From an uncultured Clostridia bacterium (GTDB lineage: Bacteria; Bacillota; Clostridia; TANB77; CAG-508): a stretch of DNA of 44,003 nucleotides. The stretch covers positions 1 to 44,003 of the forward strand of contig CANRGM010000002.1 of the NCBI GenBank assembly GCA_947630155.1, in the 5' to 3' direction. The notes below the pieces were generated by a model that had not been told where the DNA came from, searched no databases, and saw only the letters and a program-made list of their open reading frames with translations. The position numbers were made by a program, and so were the translations under genes. Of this stretch, positions 28,255 through 40,384 are shown piece after piece (the stretch's first letter is position 1; every line of letters begins with the position of its first letter).

Positions 28255-28336
28255 GTAATATAAGATTATTGACTTTTACAATGTTCTATGTGATAATTAA
28301 AATATGTTAATTTATAAAAATAAAGGAGGAAATATT

Positions 28337-28888
28337 ATGTGGATTGTTTATGTATTAATAGCAATTGTAGTAATAATTTTATTGTATGTTTTGGCAACAT
28401 ATAATGGTTTGGTAAAACTAAGAAATCGTGTAAATGAAGCTTTTTCAACAATGGATGTATATTTGAAAAAAAGATGGGATTTGATTCCTAATATTGTTGA
28501 AACAGTAAAAGGATATGCAAAACATGAAAAAGAAACATTAGAGGAGGTAATAGGCCTTAGAAATACTCCTTATGAAAAAATGAGTAATGAGGATAAAGTA
28601 GAATTAAATAATAAGTTATCACAAGGAATAAATAAATTAATTGCAATTTCAGAAGCCTATCCAGATTTAAAAGCAAATCAAAATTTTATAGACCTATCAA
28701 ATCAATTATCTAAGGTTGAAGAGGATATTGCTAACTCTAGAAAATTTTATAATGCAACAGTAAGAACTTTAAATGACAAAATACAAATTTTCCCAAATAA
28801 TATAATTTCAGGAATTATGGGATTTAAAGTTCAAACAATGTTTGAAGCTGATGAAAGTGAAAGAGAAAATGTTAATGTTAAATTTTAA
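28337..28888 (+). CDS. lemA: LemA family protein
   Basis: KRWDLIPNIVETVKGYAKHE; EAYPDLKANQNF; ATG 28337 after AGGAGG. Confidence 0.93.
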   Translation: MWIVYVLIAIVVIILLYVLATYNGLVKLRNRVNEAFSTMDVYLKKRWDLIPNIVETVKGYAKHEKETLEEVIGLRNTPYEKMSNEDKVELNNKLSQGINKLIAISEAYPDLKANQNFIDLSNQLSKVEEDIANSRKFYNATVRTLNDKIQIFPNNIISGIMGFKVQTMFEADESERENVNVKF

Positions 28889-28904
28889 TCATTGGGAGGA
28901 ATAC

Positions 28905-30917
28905 ATGAAACAAACAATAAGTAAAGTACTATTGTCTTTTATAATTATTCTATCAGTTTTTTGTATAAGTTGGACCAGTGTAGAAGCTACTAATAATATT
29001 AGTAGCTTAGATTATTATTTGAAAGATTCGGAATATAATAACATTAGCGAAACATCTGATACAACTCCAAGTCAAAACAGCCTATATAAAACAAATGATT
29101 ATGTGATAGATAGTTATGATATTGATATAAAAGTAAATGAAAATAATACTTATGATATAACAGAAACTATAGATGCCTATTTTAATGCAAGCAATAAACA
29201 TGGAATCTTTAGAAAAATTCCATTAAGAAATACTATTACAAGACTAGATGGTACAACAACGGAAAATAAGGCTAAAATTACTAATATAAGTGTTAATGAT
29301 AGTTATTCAATTTCAAGAGAAAATGATAATTATGTTATAAAAATAGGTTCAGCAGAAAAAACAATAAAAGGTAAGAAAAGATATATAATTAAATACAATT
29401 ATAATATTGGAAAAGATCCCTTAAAAGATATTGATGAATTGTATTACAATATTATAGGCGATAAATGGGATACTGTAATTGGTAATATAACTTTTAAAAT
29501 AACTATGCCAAAGGAATTTGATAGTGATAAATTAGGATTTTCATCAGGATATAGAGGTTCTATAGAGAATTCTGAAATTAATTACAATGTAGACGGAAAT
29601 ACTATTTCAGGTAGCTATAATGGAATTTTGTCACCATATCAAGCTTTAACTATAAGATTGGAATTACCAGAAGGGTATTTTGTTGGAGCAGGTTTTTTAA
29701 CAATGTCTGATTATATTATTTTTGCGATACCTGTAATATTTGTGTTTATATCACTGATTTTGTGGTATAAATATGGGAAAGAAGATGAAACTGTTGAAAC
29801 TGTAGAATTTTATCCGCCTAATGGATTAAATAGTTTAGAGGTGGGTTATATATATAAAGGTGAAGTTACCAATAAAGATGTAATATCATTATTGATTGAT
29901 TTAGCCAATAAAGGGTACATAAAGATTGAGGAATATAAAGAAGATGAGGGAAGTAAAGTATTAAGTAGCAAAAATAAAGGCTTTAAAGTTATTAAATTAA
30001 AAGAATATGATGGTAATAATGAAATAGAAAAAAAATTTATTAATGGTTTATTCAAAAAATTTGCTGGTGTAGGTGAAGAAGTAACAAGTGATGCTTTGAA
30101 TTATAAATTTTATAGTACAATTGATGAAATAAAATCAAAATTTAAAAATAAAAAAGAAGATAAAATATTTAGCTATAACACTAAACAAAAAATAATTATA
30201 AATATTATGATAATTATAACGATATTATTAATTACAATAAAACCATTAATAGAATATTCATTTCCAGAAATGATAATTCCAGCATTAGTGTTTCCAGGTA
30301 TTGCACTTTTAACTATAAATGAACTCGTGTTTAATAACAAAAATTCTTATGAAAAGGTATTTGGAATTATATGGGCATTTATGTTTGGAGGAATACCATG
30401 GAGTATTATGGTACTACCGGCTCTTTTATCTGAACCTTTTTATCTTGTAGGCTATTTAATAGGTATTGCATGTATTATTATGATGATGAGATGTAAAAAA
30501 TATCTGAATAAAAGAACACCATATGGTAATGAGTTATATGGAAAAATAAAAGGTTTTAAAACATTTTTAGAGACAGTGGAAAAGGAAAGACTAGAACTTA
30601 TGGTAGAAAAAGATCCAACATATTTTTATAATATTCTTCCATATACATATGTTCTAGGTATTTCTGATAAATGGATAAGTAAGTTTGAAACAATAGCATT
30701 ACAGCCACCTAGTTGGTATGATAGTACTAATGCTTTTGATGTTATTACCTTTGCTACATTTGTTACAGGAACAATGAGTACAGCTAACAGGGTAATGACA
30801 TCTACGCCACGTAGCAGTTATGGTGGAGGATATTCAGGAGGATTTTCAGGAGGTGGTTCTTCTGGAGGAGGATTCTCAGGAGGCGGCTCTGGCGGAGGCG
30901 GAGGCGGTTCTTGGTAG
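28905..30917 (+). CDS. DUF2207 family membrane protein
   Basis: HGIFRKIP, ELYYNIIG..W, Gly-rich tail ending GGGGGGSW; follows lemA; ATG 28905 after GGAGG. Confidence 0.9.
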   Translation: MKQTISKVLLSFIIILSVFCISWTSVEATNNISSLDYYLKDSEYNNISETSDTTPSQNSLYKTNDYVIDSYDIDIKVNENNTYDITETIDAYFNASNKHGIFRKIPLRNTITRLDGTTTENKAKITNISVNDSYSISRENDNYVIKIGSAEKTIKGKKRYIIKYNYNIGKDPLKDIDELYYNIIGDKWDTVIGNITFKITMPKEFDSDKLGFSSGYRGSIENSEINYNVDGNTISGSYNGILSPYQALTIRLELPEGYFVGAGFLTMSDYIIFAIPVIFVFISLILWYKYGKEDETVETVEFYPPNGLNSLEVGYIYKGEVTNKDVISLLIDLANKGYIKIEEYKEDEGSKVLSSKNKGFKVIKLKEYDGNNEIEKKFINGLFKKFAGVGEEVTSDALNYKFYSTIDEIKSKFKNKKEDKIFSYNTKQKIIINIMIIITILLITIKPLIEYSFPEMIIPALVFPGIALLTINELVFNNKNSYEKVFGIIWAFMFGGIPWSIMVLPALLSEPFYLVGYLIGIACIIMMMRCKKYLNKRTPYGNELYGKIKGFKTFLETVEKERLELMVEKDPTYFYNILPYTYVLGISDKWISKFETIALQPPSWYDSTNAFDVITFATFVTGTMSTANRVMTSTPRSSYGGGYSGGFSGGGSSGGGFSGGGSGGGGGGSW

Positions 30918-30980
30918 AATTAAACTTCGTAAAGATGAACTTTTCATGAATTTAAGCCAAAGAATTTATTTTTTTAAATC

Positions 30981-31020
30981 AATAATTCGAAGAAATAAAA
31001 GTTTATTTCTTCGAATTATT
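30981..31020. terminator. Bidirectional terminator
   Basis: AATAATTCGAAGAAATAAA / TTTATTTCTTCGAATTATT between convergent genes. Confidence 0.7.
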
Positions 31021-31035
31021 TTGATTATAAAAAAA

Positions 31036-31755
31036 TCAGATTTTTAAAGATGTTTCTAAAGCAAGAAGAATCATATCATTTAGAGACTTTTCTCTATCTT
31101 CAGAAGAAATTTGTTGCTTTTTGTAGTGAGAGTCAACTACTGTTAGTAGGCAAGCTGCCTTTTTATTTAAGTATTTTGCTGTGTAGAATAAAGCAAAAGA
31201 TTCCATTTCAGCAGCTTTTAAATTAAAATCTTTAGGTAATCTGTCAAGTAAAATATTTAAATTTTCAACATAATAATCAAAACATTCTCCACAAAGTACA
31301 TTTGCAGGAATGCAATTTATATTTTTTTCATTTGAAGTTTCTTTTATAAGTGAATTTAAATGTTCATCAGCTTCAATTAAATGACAATCTGCATTATTTA
31401 ATGCTTTAGAAAAATTGCCTTCAGTGTAACTTTTTTCAACTAAAATAGTATCAAAAATATTTAATGATTCATCATATGCTCCACAAGAACCTATACGAAT
31501 TATAGTATCTACATCATAGAATTTATATAATTCATAACAATAAATTCCCATACTAGGCATTCCCATACCAGATGAGAAAATTGTTATTTCCTTTCCTTTA
31601 TATGTTCCGGTATAAGCTAACATATTTCTAACTGAATTGACTAATCTAGGATTGTCTAAAAAATTTTCTGCAATATATTTTGCACGTAATGGATCTCCAG
31701 GACATAAAACTATTTTTGCAATATCATCCTTTTGAGAACTAATATGTGGTGTCAT
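31036..31755 (-). CDS. deoD: Purine-nucleoside phosphorylase
   Basis: TPHI, PGDPLRAKYIA, GMGMPS, IRIGSCG, EMESFALF. Confidence 0.95.
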   Translation of the reverse strand: MTPHISSQKDDIAKIVLCPGDPLRAKYIAENFLDNPRLVNSVRNMLAYTGTYKGKEITIFSSGMGMPSMGIYCYELYKFYDVDTIIRIGSCGAYDESLNIFDTILVEKSYTEGNFSKALNNADCHLIEADEHLNSLIKETSNEKNINCIPANVLCGECFDYYVENLNILLDRLPKDFNLKAAEMESFALFYTAKYLNKKAACLLTVVDSHYKKQQISSEDREKSLNDMILLALETSLKI

Positions 31756-31996
31756 AATAAATTCCTCCCTTACATTTTTAGAATTACTATAGTATATCTT
31801 AAATTTGATATTTTACTATAATATAAAATTAATTTATAAATAGTTGAGTTATTTTAAGTATATACTACTTACTGGTTTTGGTCAATGAGAAAATTTTATT
31901 GACTTTACTGACACAATATGTGATAATTAATTCATAGAAAAACTGTTAATAATGATTTAAGTTTATTATATAATATTTAAGTAAAGGAGCAAAAAA

Positions 31997-32635
31997 ATGG
32001 CTATATTTTGTATTTTAGTTGGATTTATTATTTTAGGAATATCATTATATATTATAATAAAAACTAAACAATTAAATAAAAAAGGAGTTAAAATTATAGC
32101 GACTGTTGTAAATTGCGAAAAAATAGAAAAAAAACTTAATGATAAAACAGTAGAACTTGGATACAATACTACTTTTAGTTTAGAATATAAAGGAGATATT
32201 TATGAAGAAACTCTAAAAACATCTAAATCATATGAAGTAGGAAGTAATCATAAAGGAACATATATTCATAATGGAAAACAAGGAAATTTGTATTTAGAGA
32301 AAGAAGGAATTTTTAATGGGAGCATACAAAGCGGGCTCCTTGTGCTTTATTTATCAGGAATTCCTTTCTTATTAGCACTAATTTTTGCAGCTCCTGTTAA
32401 TCAAGAAATATCATTTGCTATTTTATTCATATATATTTTGGCATTTGTAATAGGCATTAGTCTAGCACCTAATACTTTTTCAAGGTTTAAATATGATGAT
32501 CCTCAAAGTGCCAAAGGAGTTAGTTTAAAGGAATTTTTTAAGATAATAGAAAAACCTAACAAAGATGATGAAAATATAGATAAGAACGAATTAGATAGTG
32601 ATCCTATTAAAAATAATAATAAGGATGAACAATAA
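31997..32635 (+). CDS. Hypothetical membrane protein (DUF3592-like architecture)
   Basis: N-terminal TM, G.K..ATVV beta domain, two C-terminal TMs. Confidence 0.7.
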   Translation: MAIFCILVGFIILGISLYIIIKTKQLNKKGVKIIATVVNCEKIEKKLNDKTVELGYNTTFSLEYKGDIYEETLKTSKSYEVGSNHKGTYIHNGKQGNLYLEKEGIFNGSIQSGLLVLYLSGIPFLLALIFAAPVNQEISFAILFIYILAFVIGISLAPNTFSRFKYDDPQSAKGVSLKEFFKIIEKPNKDDENIDKNELDSDPIKNNNKDEQ

Positions 32636-32767
32636 CATTTTATTTATAAATTTAACTAAAACTATTGAAAAATAAAAAAATACATGCTAGAATAATTTTA
32701 GATTTAAAAAAAACCGCGTTTTTTGTGGAAATTTTTTAAATCTTTTTTTATTTTCAAAATATCATAA

Positions 32768-34417
<1,650 letters not shown>

Positions 34418-34439
34418 TCTTGTAAAAGGTTGTAATTAC

Positions 34440-34468
34440 TTGACAAAAGCTATGTTCATTGATAATAT
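34440..34468 (+). promoter_or_regulatory. SigA promoter of yqeG operon
   Basis: TTGACA-17 nt-TAATAT with extended TG. Confidence 0.65.
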
Positions 34469-34494
34469 AATGGTGAAATGCAAGGGGGAATATA

Positions 34495-35001
34495 ATGCTA
34501 ATTTATCCAGATTTTTATTTTGATAATGTTAGAGATGTGAAATTAGACTTTCTAAGAAAGCATAATATAAAAGGTCTTATTTTAGATGTTGATAATACAT
34601 TAATTGATTTCTATAAAAAGTTTGAAGAGGGTACTGAACAATGGGTACAAGAATTAAAAAACGCTGGAATAAAATTTTGTATAGTTTCTAATACTAATAA
34701 AATTGAAAAGGTTAAATATGTTGCAGAAAGTTTAGATATTCCATATTTTTATTTTTCAAAAAAACCATCAAAAAAGGGATTTATGAAAGCAAAAGAAGAA
34801 ATGGGATTGAATGTAGAAAATATTGCAGCAATAGGTGATCAAATAATGACTGATGTTATAGGGGCTAACAGATGTAAAATGTTATCAATATTGGTAAAGC
34901 CAATATCAGAGCAGGATATTTTTATTACCAAAATCAAAAGACCATTAGAAAACAAAATTATTAAAAGATATTTGAAAAAAATGAAGAAAGAGAAGGTATA
35001 A
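34495..35001 (+). CDS. yqeG: YqeG family HAD IIIA phosphatase
   Basis: LDVDNTL, VSN, KKP, IGDQIMTDVIGANR. Confidence 0.93.
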   Translation: MLIYPDFYFDNVRDVKLDFLRKHNIKGLILDVDNTLIDFYKKFEEGTEQWVQELKNAGIKFCIVSNTNKIEKVKYVAESLDIPYFYFSKKPSKKGFMKAKEEMGLNVENIAAIGDQIMTDVIGANRCKMLSILVKPISEQDIFITKIKRPLENKIIKRYLKKMKKEKV

Positions 35002-35002
35002 A

Positions 35003-35752
35003 ATGTTTATTAATAATATACATATTTTCTGGTTTGTTGGAATAGGATTATTAGGTTTAGTAGTTGGAAAATTTATAGGACTAATGAATCAAAATTTGCC
35101 TGAACATAAGGAAATTCTAGATATAGAAACCATAAAAGAATATATGAAAAACTCAAATGCTAATTATGCATTAATGATAATTACAAGTGTAATATATATA
35201 GCTCTTTTACGCGTAATAGGAATGGAAGATATAATAGAATTACTACAATTCTTAATTCTTACTCCTATGTTAATTTCTGCATTTTGTATTGATTATAAAT
35301 TACAAATAATTCCAAATAGATTAACTATAACAATGTTAGAGGTTGGTATTGCATTTAGTTTTTTTAGAGGAATAAATAACTTAAATATAGCAGTAGAAAT
35401 GTGGCTTGGAATGATAGTTGGTGCAACAATATTTTTAGTATTAACATTTTTAGGAAACTTGGTATTTAAAAAGAAAACAATGGGATTTGGCGATGTAAAG
35501 CTTATGGGAACTCTGGGCTTGTTTTTTGGCTGGAGAAATATAATAGCAATATCAATATTGTCATTCTTCATTGCCGCAATATTCAGTATTATGCTAATAA
35601 TAAAATGTAAAGTAAAAAAACAAGAAGTAAATGAATTTATTCCATTTGGACCATTTATAGTATTAGCTGCTTTTGTAGTGATGTTCATACCCTTAAATAT
35701 TTGGATAAGGTTAATTTTTACTGTTTTCACATTTGGTAGATATAATATATAG
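35003..35752 (+). CDS. A24 prepilin peptidase
   Basis: ID...IIPN and MGFGDVKL aspartate motifs; IPFGPF. Confidence 0.88.
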   Translation: MFINNIHIFWFVGIGLLGLVVGKFIGLMNQNLPEHKEILDIETIKEYMKNSNANYALMIITSVIYIALLRVIGMEDIIELLQFLILTPMLISAFCIDYKLQIIPNRLTITMLEVGIAFSFFRGINNLNIAVEMWLGMIVGATIFLVLTFLGNLVFKKKTMGFGDVKLMGTLGLFFGWRNIIAISILSFFIAAIFSIMLIIKCKVKKQEVNEFIPFGPFIVLAAFVVMFIPLNIWIRLIFTVFTFGRYNI

Positions 35753-35809
35753 TTACACATAAGAAAAAAATATTAATGTAATTATTTAGAAAGATAAAAG
35801 GGTGATGAT

Positions 35810-36877
35810 ATGAATGAAAAAATAGAAGCTTTAAGAGAAAAATTAAAGAATTTAGATTTACAAGGAATGATAATTACAAATCCTGTAAATATTAGGTATT
35901 TAACTAATATAAATGCAGAAGGAGTATTGCTTTTAACAAGAAGAGAAAATGTGTATATTACAGATGGAAGATATATGGAAAAAGTTAATAATACTCTTAC
36001 AATTAATGATGAAATAATAGTTTATGATTTTAAAGAATTGAGCAGAGAGGATTACGAAAATTTCTTTACTTTTTGTGAAAATGTAGGCTTTGAAGAAGCT
36101 AATTTGACTTATGCTAAATATAAGGAATATATGCATAAATATAAAATAAATAACTTTGAAGAGACCGAAGGTTTACTAGAAAAAATGCGAATTGTAAAGA
36201 AGGAAGAAGAAATAGACTCAATAAAAAAAGCATGTATTATTACTGATAATTGTTTTGAGTATATAAAAAAATTCATAAAAATCGGTATGACGGAAAAAGA
36301 AATTGCTTTTGAAATAGAAAAATTCTTTTTAATGAATGGAGCTGATGGATTAGCATTTGATACAATAGTTGCTTCAGGTGTTAATTCTTCTATGCCACAT
36401 GCTATACCTACTGATAAAAAAATTGAAGATGGAGATCCTATTACAATAGATATGGGTTGTAGATATAATGGATACTGTTCTGATATGACAAGAACAATAT
36501 TTGCAGGACATGTTCCTGTGTATATGAAACCGGTATATGATTTAGTTTTAAAAAATCAATTAAGAGTTTTAGAAGAATTAAAAGAAGGTGCTAATTTAAA
36601 ATTAATTTCAAAAGGAGTTGATAGTGATTTTAAATTAAATGGTGTTAGTATGGTTCATAGCCTTGGCCATGGAGTTGGATTAGATATTCATGAATATCCT
36701 TTTATAAATTCTAAGAATGATTTTGTTTTAAAGGAGAATATGGTTGTTACTGATGAACCTGGAATTTATATTCCTGGAAGGTTTGGAGTTAGAATAGAGG
36801 ACACTGTTTTAATTACTAAGTATTCATCTCAGAATTTGACAATGTCTGAAAAAGGATATGTTGTAGTTGGAGTGTAA
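35810..36877 (+). CDS. Xaa-Pro aminopeptidase (M24)
   Basis: SMPHA, DMG..GYCSDMTRT, HSLGHGVGLDIHE, EPGIY, GVRIED. Confidence 0.95.
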   Translation: MNEKIEALREKLKNLDLQGMIITNPVNIRYLTNINAEGVLLLTRRENVYITDGRYMEKVNNTLTINDEIIVYDFKELSREDYENFFTFCENVGFEEANLTYAKYKEYMHKYKINNFEETEGLLEKMRIVKKEEEIDSIKKACIITDNCFEYIKKFIKIGMTEKEIAFEIEKFFLMNGADGLAFDTIVASGVNSSMPHAIPTDKKIEDGDPITIDMGCRYNGYCSDMTRTIFAGHVPVYMKPVYDLVLKNQLRVLEELKEGANLKLISKGVDSDFKLNGVSMVHSLGHGVGLDIHEYPFINSKNDFVLKENMVVTDEPGIYIPGRFGVRIEDTVLITKYSSQNLTMSEKGYVVVGV

Positions 36878-36968
36878 TAATACCTAAACTGTGAAATTGA
36901 GGAAATAATAGAATAAATATAACAATTATGGAAATACTATAAAAAAAGTTTAATAGGGAGTTTGACTT

Positions 36969-38969
36969 ATGAGAAAAAAACTTTTTTATATAGTATTTTT
37001 TTTACTCGTTTTTTATCTAATAAATATATTTAACGAATCACAGGCAACTACAAAACTAAATGGTATAGAAAACTTCCCAGATAGTTATAAACCATATTTA
37101 TACGAATTAAAAAAGAAGTATCCCAATTGGGAGTTTACTGCATTATATACTGGGATTGACTGGAATACAGCAGTTGATAATGAATATGCTAATGATAAGA
37201 ATTTAGTCCCTTTATCATATTCTGATGAGTGGAAGTGTTTGTTACCTGGAAAGTATAATGTAGAAATAGATTCTGGTTGGGTTAATGCATCAAAACATGC
37301 AATTAGATATGTTATGGATCCCAGAAATTTTTTAAATGAAGTCAGGATTTTTCAGTTTGAAAAATTAACATATGATGAAAATATAAATACGGAAAGTGGT
37401 GTTGATAAGATTCTGTATGGTACAGAGTTTTATAATAAGGCTGTTTCATATAGAGAGGCTAATGGAAATGTAGTTAATACTACAAACACATATGCTAATT
37501 TAATAATGAATGCAGGAGTTTATAGTGGAGTTAGTCCATATCATTTGGCAGCTAGAATTAAGCAAGAAGTAGGACCTTTTTTAAGCCATAATTCAATAAG
37601 TGGTAAAGTTCAGGGATATGAAGGTCTATATAATTTTTATAATATAGGTGCAACAAGTTCAGCAGAAGTTTTAGGTGCAATAAAAAATGGATTAGATTAC
37701 GCCAGAAATGGAAGTGGAGGATTGTCAAATGAAGAAATTCAAAATCAATTAATACCATGGAATACTCCAGAAAGGGCTATAAAAGGTGGAGCTGTTTTTA
37801 TAGGTAAAACCTACATTTTAGTAGGTCAAAATTGTTTATATTTACAAAAGTTTGATGTAAATAATGATAGGTCTAGTAGTTTGTTTTGGCATCAATATAT
37901 GACAAATTGCCTAGCTCCATATAGTGAATCAAAATCTATATATAATGGTTATGATAAGTTAAATATGCTTAATTCATCTATTGGATTTGTTATTCCAGTC
38001 TATGAAAATATGCCAAGTGAACCTGTAAGTAGTCCAAATATTAGTTCAAACGATTTTGTTGAAGATAATACTAAAGTATATGCAAATGTTACAGGAAATC
38101 TTAATGTTAGAAGTGGCCCTGGAACATCATATGAAATATTAATTTCAATTCCAGCAAATCAAACATTCACCAGAATAGGAAAAGGTGTTCAAAATGGGGA
38201 AAGATGGGATAAAATTTTACTAGATAATGGAATTATAGGGTATGTATTCCAATCATATGTGGAAGAGGTACCTGCTCAAGTTCCAGCACAAAGTATTCGT
38301 TTAGATATTAATAATCTCCAACTTATTGAAGGTAAAACTATGAAAATTAATGCATATGTTCTTCCAGCTGATGCAACAAACAGAGATTTAATATGGAGTT
38401 CTGAAAACTCCAATATAGCAGAAGTTAATCAAAATGGTGAGATTACAGCAATTTCTGAGGGGCAGACAGTTATAAATGTAAAATTAAAAGATGGAGAACT
38501 TAATGCAAAATGTAATATAAATGTAATTAATATAGATGAAGAGTTTTACTTTGAATTAGATGAAAGAGTTACTTTAAATGGAGATGAAATTTCTAGCATA
38601 AATTCAAGTAGTGTAGGCGATTTTAAAAAGTTGGTAAATACAAATCTTAATATGGAATTTTATGATTCAAAAGGTGTATTATTAAAAGATGATTCTATGA
38701 TTGGTACAGGTTATAGATTATGTCTTAAAAATGATAATGGTGATGAAATATATAATTATTATTTCATTATATATGGTGATGTTAATGGTGATGGTTCAAT
38801 AAATTCATTAGATGTTTTAGTTTTACAAAAATATATTTTGGAAATGAAAGATTTAGATGAATTATATTTAAAGGCAGGAAATATATCTAAAAATGGCAAT
38901 TTGCCTTCATCATTAGATGTGCTTAAAATTCAAAAGCATATTTTAGAAATTAAAAATATTGAGCAATAG
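36969..38969 (+). CDS. Secreted cell-wall hydrolase-like protein (glucosaminidase-like, SH3, Ig-like Big_2, C-terminal dockerin)
   Basis: YNFYNIGA, YLQKFDV, HQYMTN; LNVRSGPGTSY; GDVNGDGSINSLD duplicated dockerin repeat. Confidence 0.8.
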   Translation: MRKKLFYIVFFLLVFYLINIFNESQATTKLNGIENFPDSYKPYLYELKKKYPNWEFTALYTGIDWNTAVDNEYANDKNLVPLSYSDEWKCLLPGKYNVEIDSGWVNASKHAIRYVMDPRNFLNEVRIFQFEKLTYDENINTESGVDKILYGTEFYNKAVSYREANGNVVNTTNTYANLIMNAGVYSGVSPYHLAARIKQEVGPFLSHNSISGKVQGYEGLYNFYNIGATSSAEVLGAIKNGLDYARNGSGGLSNEEIQNQLIPWNTPERAIKGGAVFIGKTYILVGQNCLYLQKFDVNNDRSSSLFWHQYMTNCLAPYSESKSIYNGYDKLNMLNSSIGFVIPVYENMPSEPVSSPNISSNDFVEDNTKVYANVTGNLNVRSGPGTSYEILISIPANQTFTRIGKGVQNGERWDKILLDNGIIGYVFQSYVEEVPAQVPAQSIRLDINNLQLIEGKTMKINAYVLPADATNRDLIWSSENSNIAEVNQNGEITAISEGQTVINVKLKDGELNAKCNINVINIDEEFYFELDERVTLNGDEISSINSSSVGDFKKLVNTNLNMEFYDSKGVLLKDDSMIGTGYRLCLKNDNGDEIYNYYFIIYGDVNGDGSINSLDVLVLQKYILEMKDLDELYLKAGNISKNGNLPSSLDVLKIQKHILEIKNIEQ

Positions 38970-38997
38970 GAAATATTCCTAGAAAGGATGGATTTTT

Positions 38998-40332
38998 ATG
39001 AAAAAAATCGTTATTAGTGTATTTTTTGTATTATTGTATTTTGTGTATTTTTCACATGTTGAGGCAGCTGGAACAGTGAATTTATCAGCAAGTAGCAATA
39101 CTGTTAATGTTGGAGATAATTTCACAATTAGTGTAAACTTAAGTGGAGCTTCAGTTGCTACATTGACTACAAGATTAAGTATAGATGAAGAAAAGGTTCA
39201 ATATGTTTCTGGACCAAGTAATAGCAATTATTTGAATGGTAGAGTAATATATACTTGGACAGATCCAACTGGTGGAGCATCTCCTTTAACAGCAGGGAAT
39301 ATAGCCACATTTACTTTTAAAGCTATAAGTGCTGGTAATGCAAATTTTGGAGTATCTGGAGAGTTTTTTACACCTGATGAAACATCTGTAGAACCTGTAT
39401 TTTCTGGAGTTACAGTTAATGTAAATGATGGTAATAATATGGATAATCCAAATGAAAATAATGGTCAAACAGAAAATCAACAAGGTCAGCAAAATGATGG
39501 ACAAGATGAAAATATAGTAGGAGGACAAACAAATAATCAAGATGTTGAAAATAATGTAACAAATGAAGGAACTAACACAGATGAGAATAATCCTAATATT
39601 AATCAACAGGATTCAAGAAGTAGTAATAATAATTTAAGAACCTTGCAATTAAATGTAGAAGGGATAAGTCCAAGATTCAATAGTAGAACAACTCAATATT
39701 ATCTTACTATTACAGAGGATGTAAATAATATAGAGGTTATTGCAGAACCTGAAGATACTAAAGCAAGTGTTCAGGTTATAGGAAATACTAATATACCATT
39801 AGGTTCAAGCCAGATTAGGATAATTGTAACAGCAGAAAATGGAAACAGAAAGGAATATTATATTAGTGTTAGTAAAACAAATGATATAGAACTAGCAAAT
39901 GCCAATTTGGAAAATTTAGCTATTGAAGATGTTACTCTTGTACCAGAATTTAGTCCTGATATTACAGATTATACAGCAGAAGTATTTGGAGATATAGATA
40001 GTCTTAATATTTTAGCAGTTCCTCAAAAGGAAAATGCACAAGTTTTGATAGAAGGAAATGAAAATTTGCAGTATGGGGAAAATTTAATAAGTGTTATTGT
40101 TAATGCTGAAGATGGAATAAGCAGTAAAGTTTATAATATAACTGTTGTCAAAACTGAAGGAATTCTTAGTGATACAAATGAAGATACTGAATTACAGAAT
40201 ACCGAAAATGTGGATAATGCTGTTGAAAACAATGTGAAGATGCAAAGAATTATAATAGTAGTGTTTGTTATTGCCTTGGCAATTTGTCTAATTATTTGGG
40301 CTGTTTGGAGAAAAAGAAAAAATCAACAATAA
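38998..40332 (+). CDS. Membrane-anchored protein: cohesin-like domain and two cadherin-like beta-sandwiches
   Basis: Signal peptide, V.VGD.FTISV cohesin-like start, L..L...F.....Y repeats, C-terminal TM and basic tail. Confidence 0.78.
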   Translation: MKKIVISVFFVLLYFVYFSHVEAAGTVNLSASSNTVNVGDNFTISVNLSGASVATLTTRLSIDEEKVQYVSGPSNSNYLNGRVIYTWTDPTGGASPLTAGNIATFTFKAISAGNANFGVSGEFFTPDETSVEPVFSGVTVNVNDGNNMDNPNENNGQTENQQGQQNDGQDENIVGGQTNNQDVENNVTNEGTNTDENNPNINQQDSRSSNNNLRTLQLNVEGISPRFNSRTTQYYLTITEDVNNIEVIAEPEDTKASVQVIGNTNIPLGSSQIRIIVTAENGNRKEYYISVSKTNDIELANANLENLAIEDVTLVPEFSPDITDYTAEVFGDIDSLNILAVPQKENAQVLIEGNENLQYGENLISVIVNAEDGISSKVYNITVVKTEGILSDTNEDTELQNTENVDNAVENNVKMQRIIIVVFVIALAICLIIWAVWRKRKNQQ

Positions 40333-40338
40333 TTACTA

Positions 40339-40375
40339 TTTTGGAGCTTTTTAGAATACCTAAAAAGCTCCAAAA
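40339..40375. terminator. Bidirectional terminator
   Basis: TTTTGGAGCTTTTTAG / CTAAAAAGCTCCAAAA. Confidence 0.8.
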
Positions 40376-40384
40376 AATTTATAT

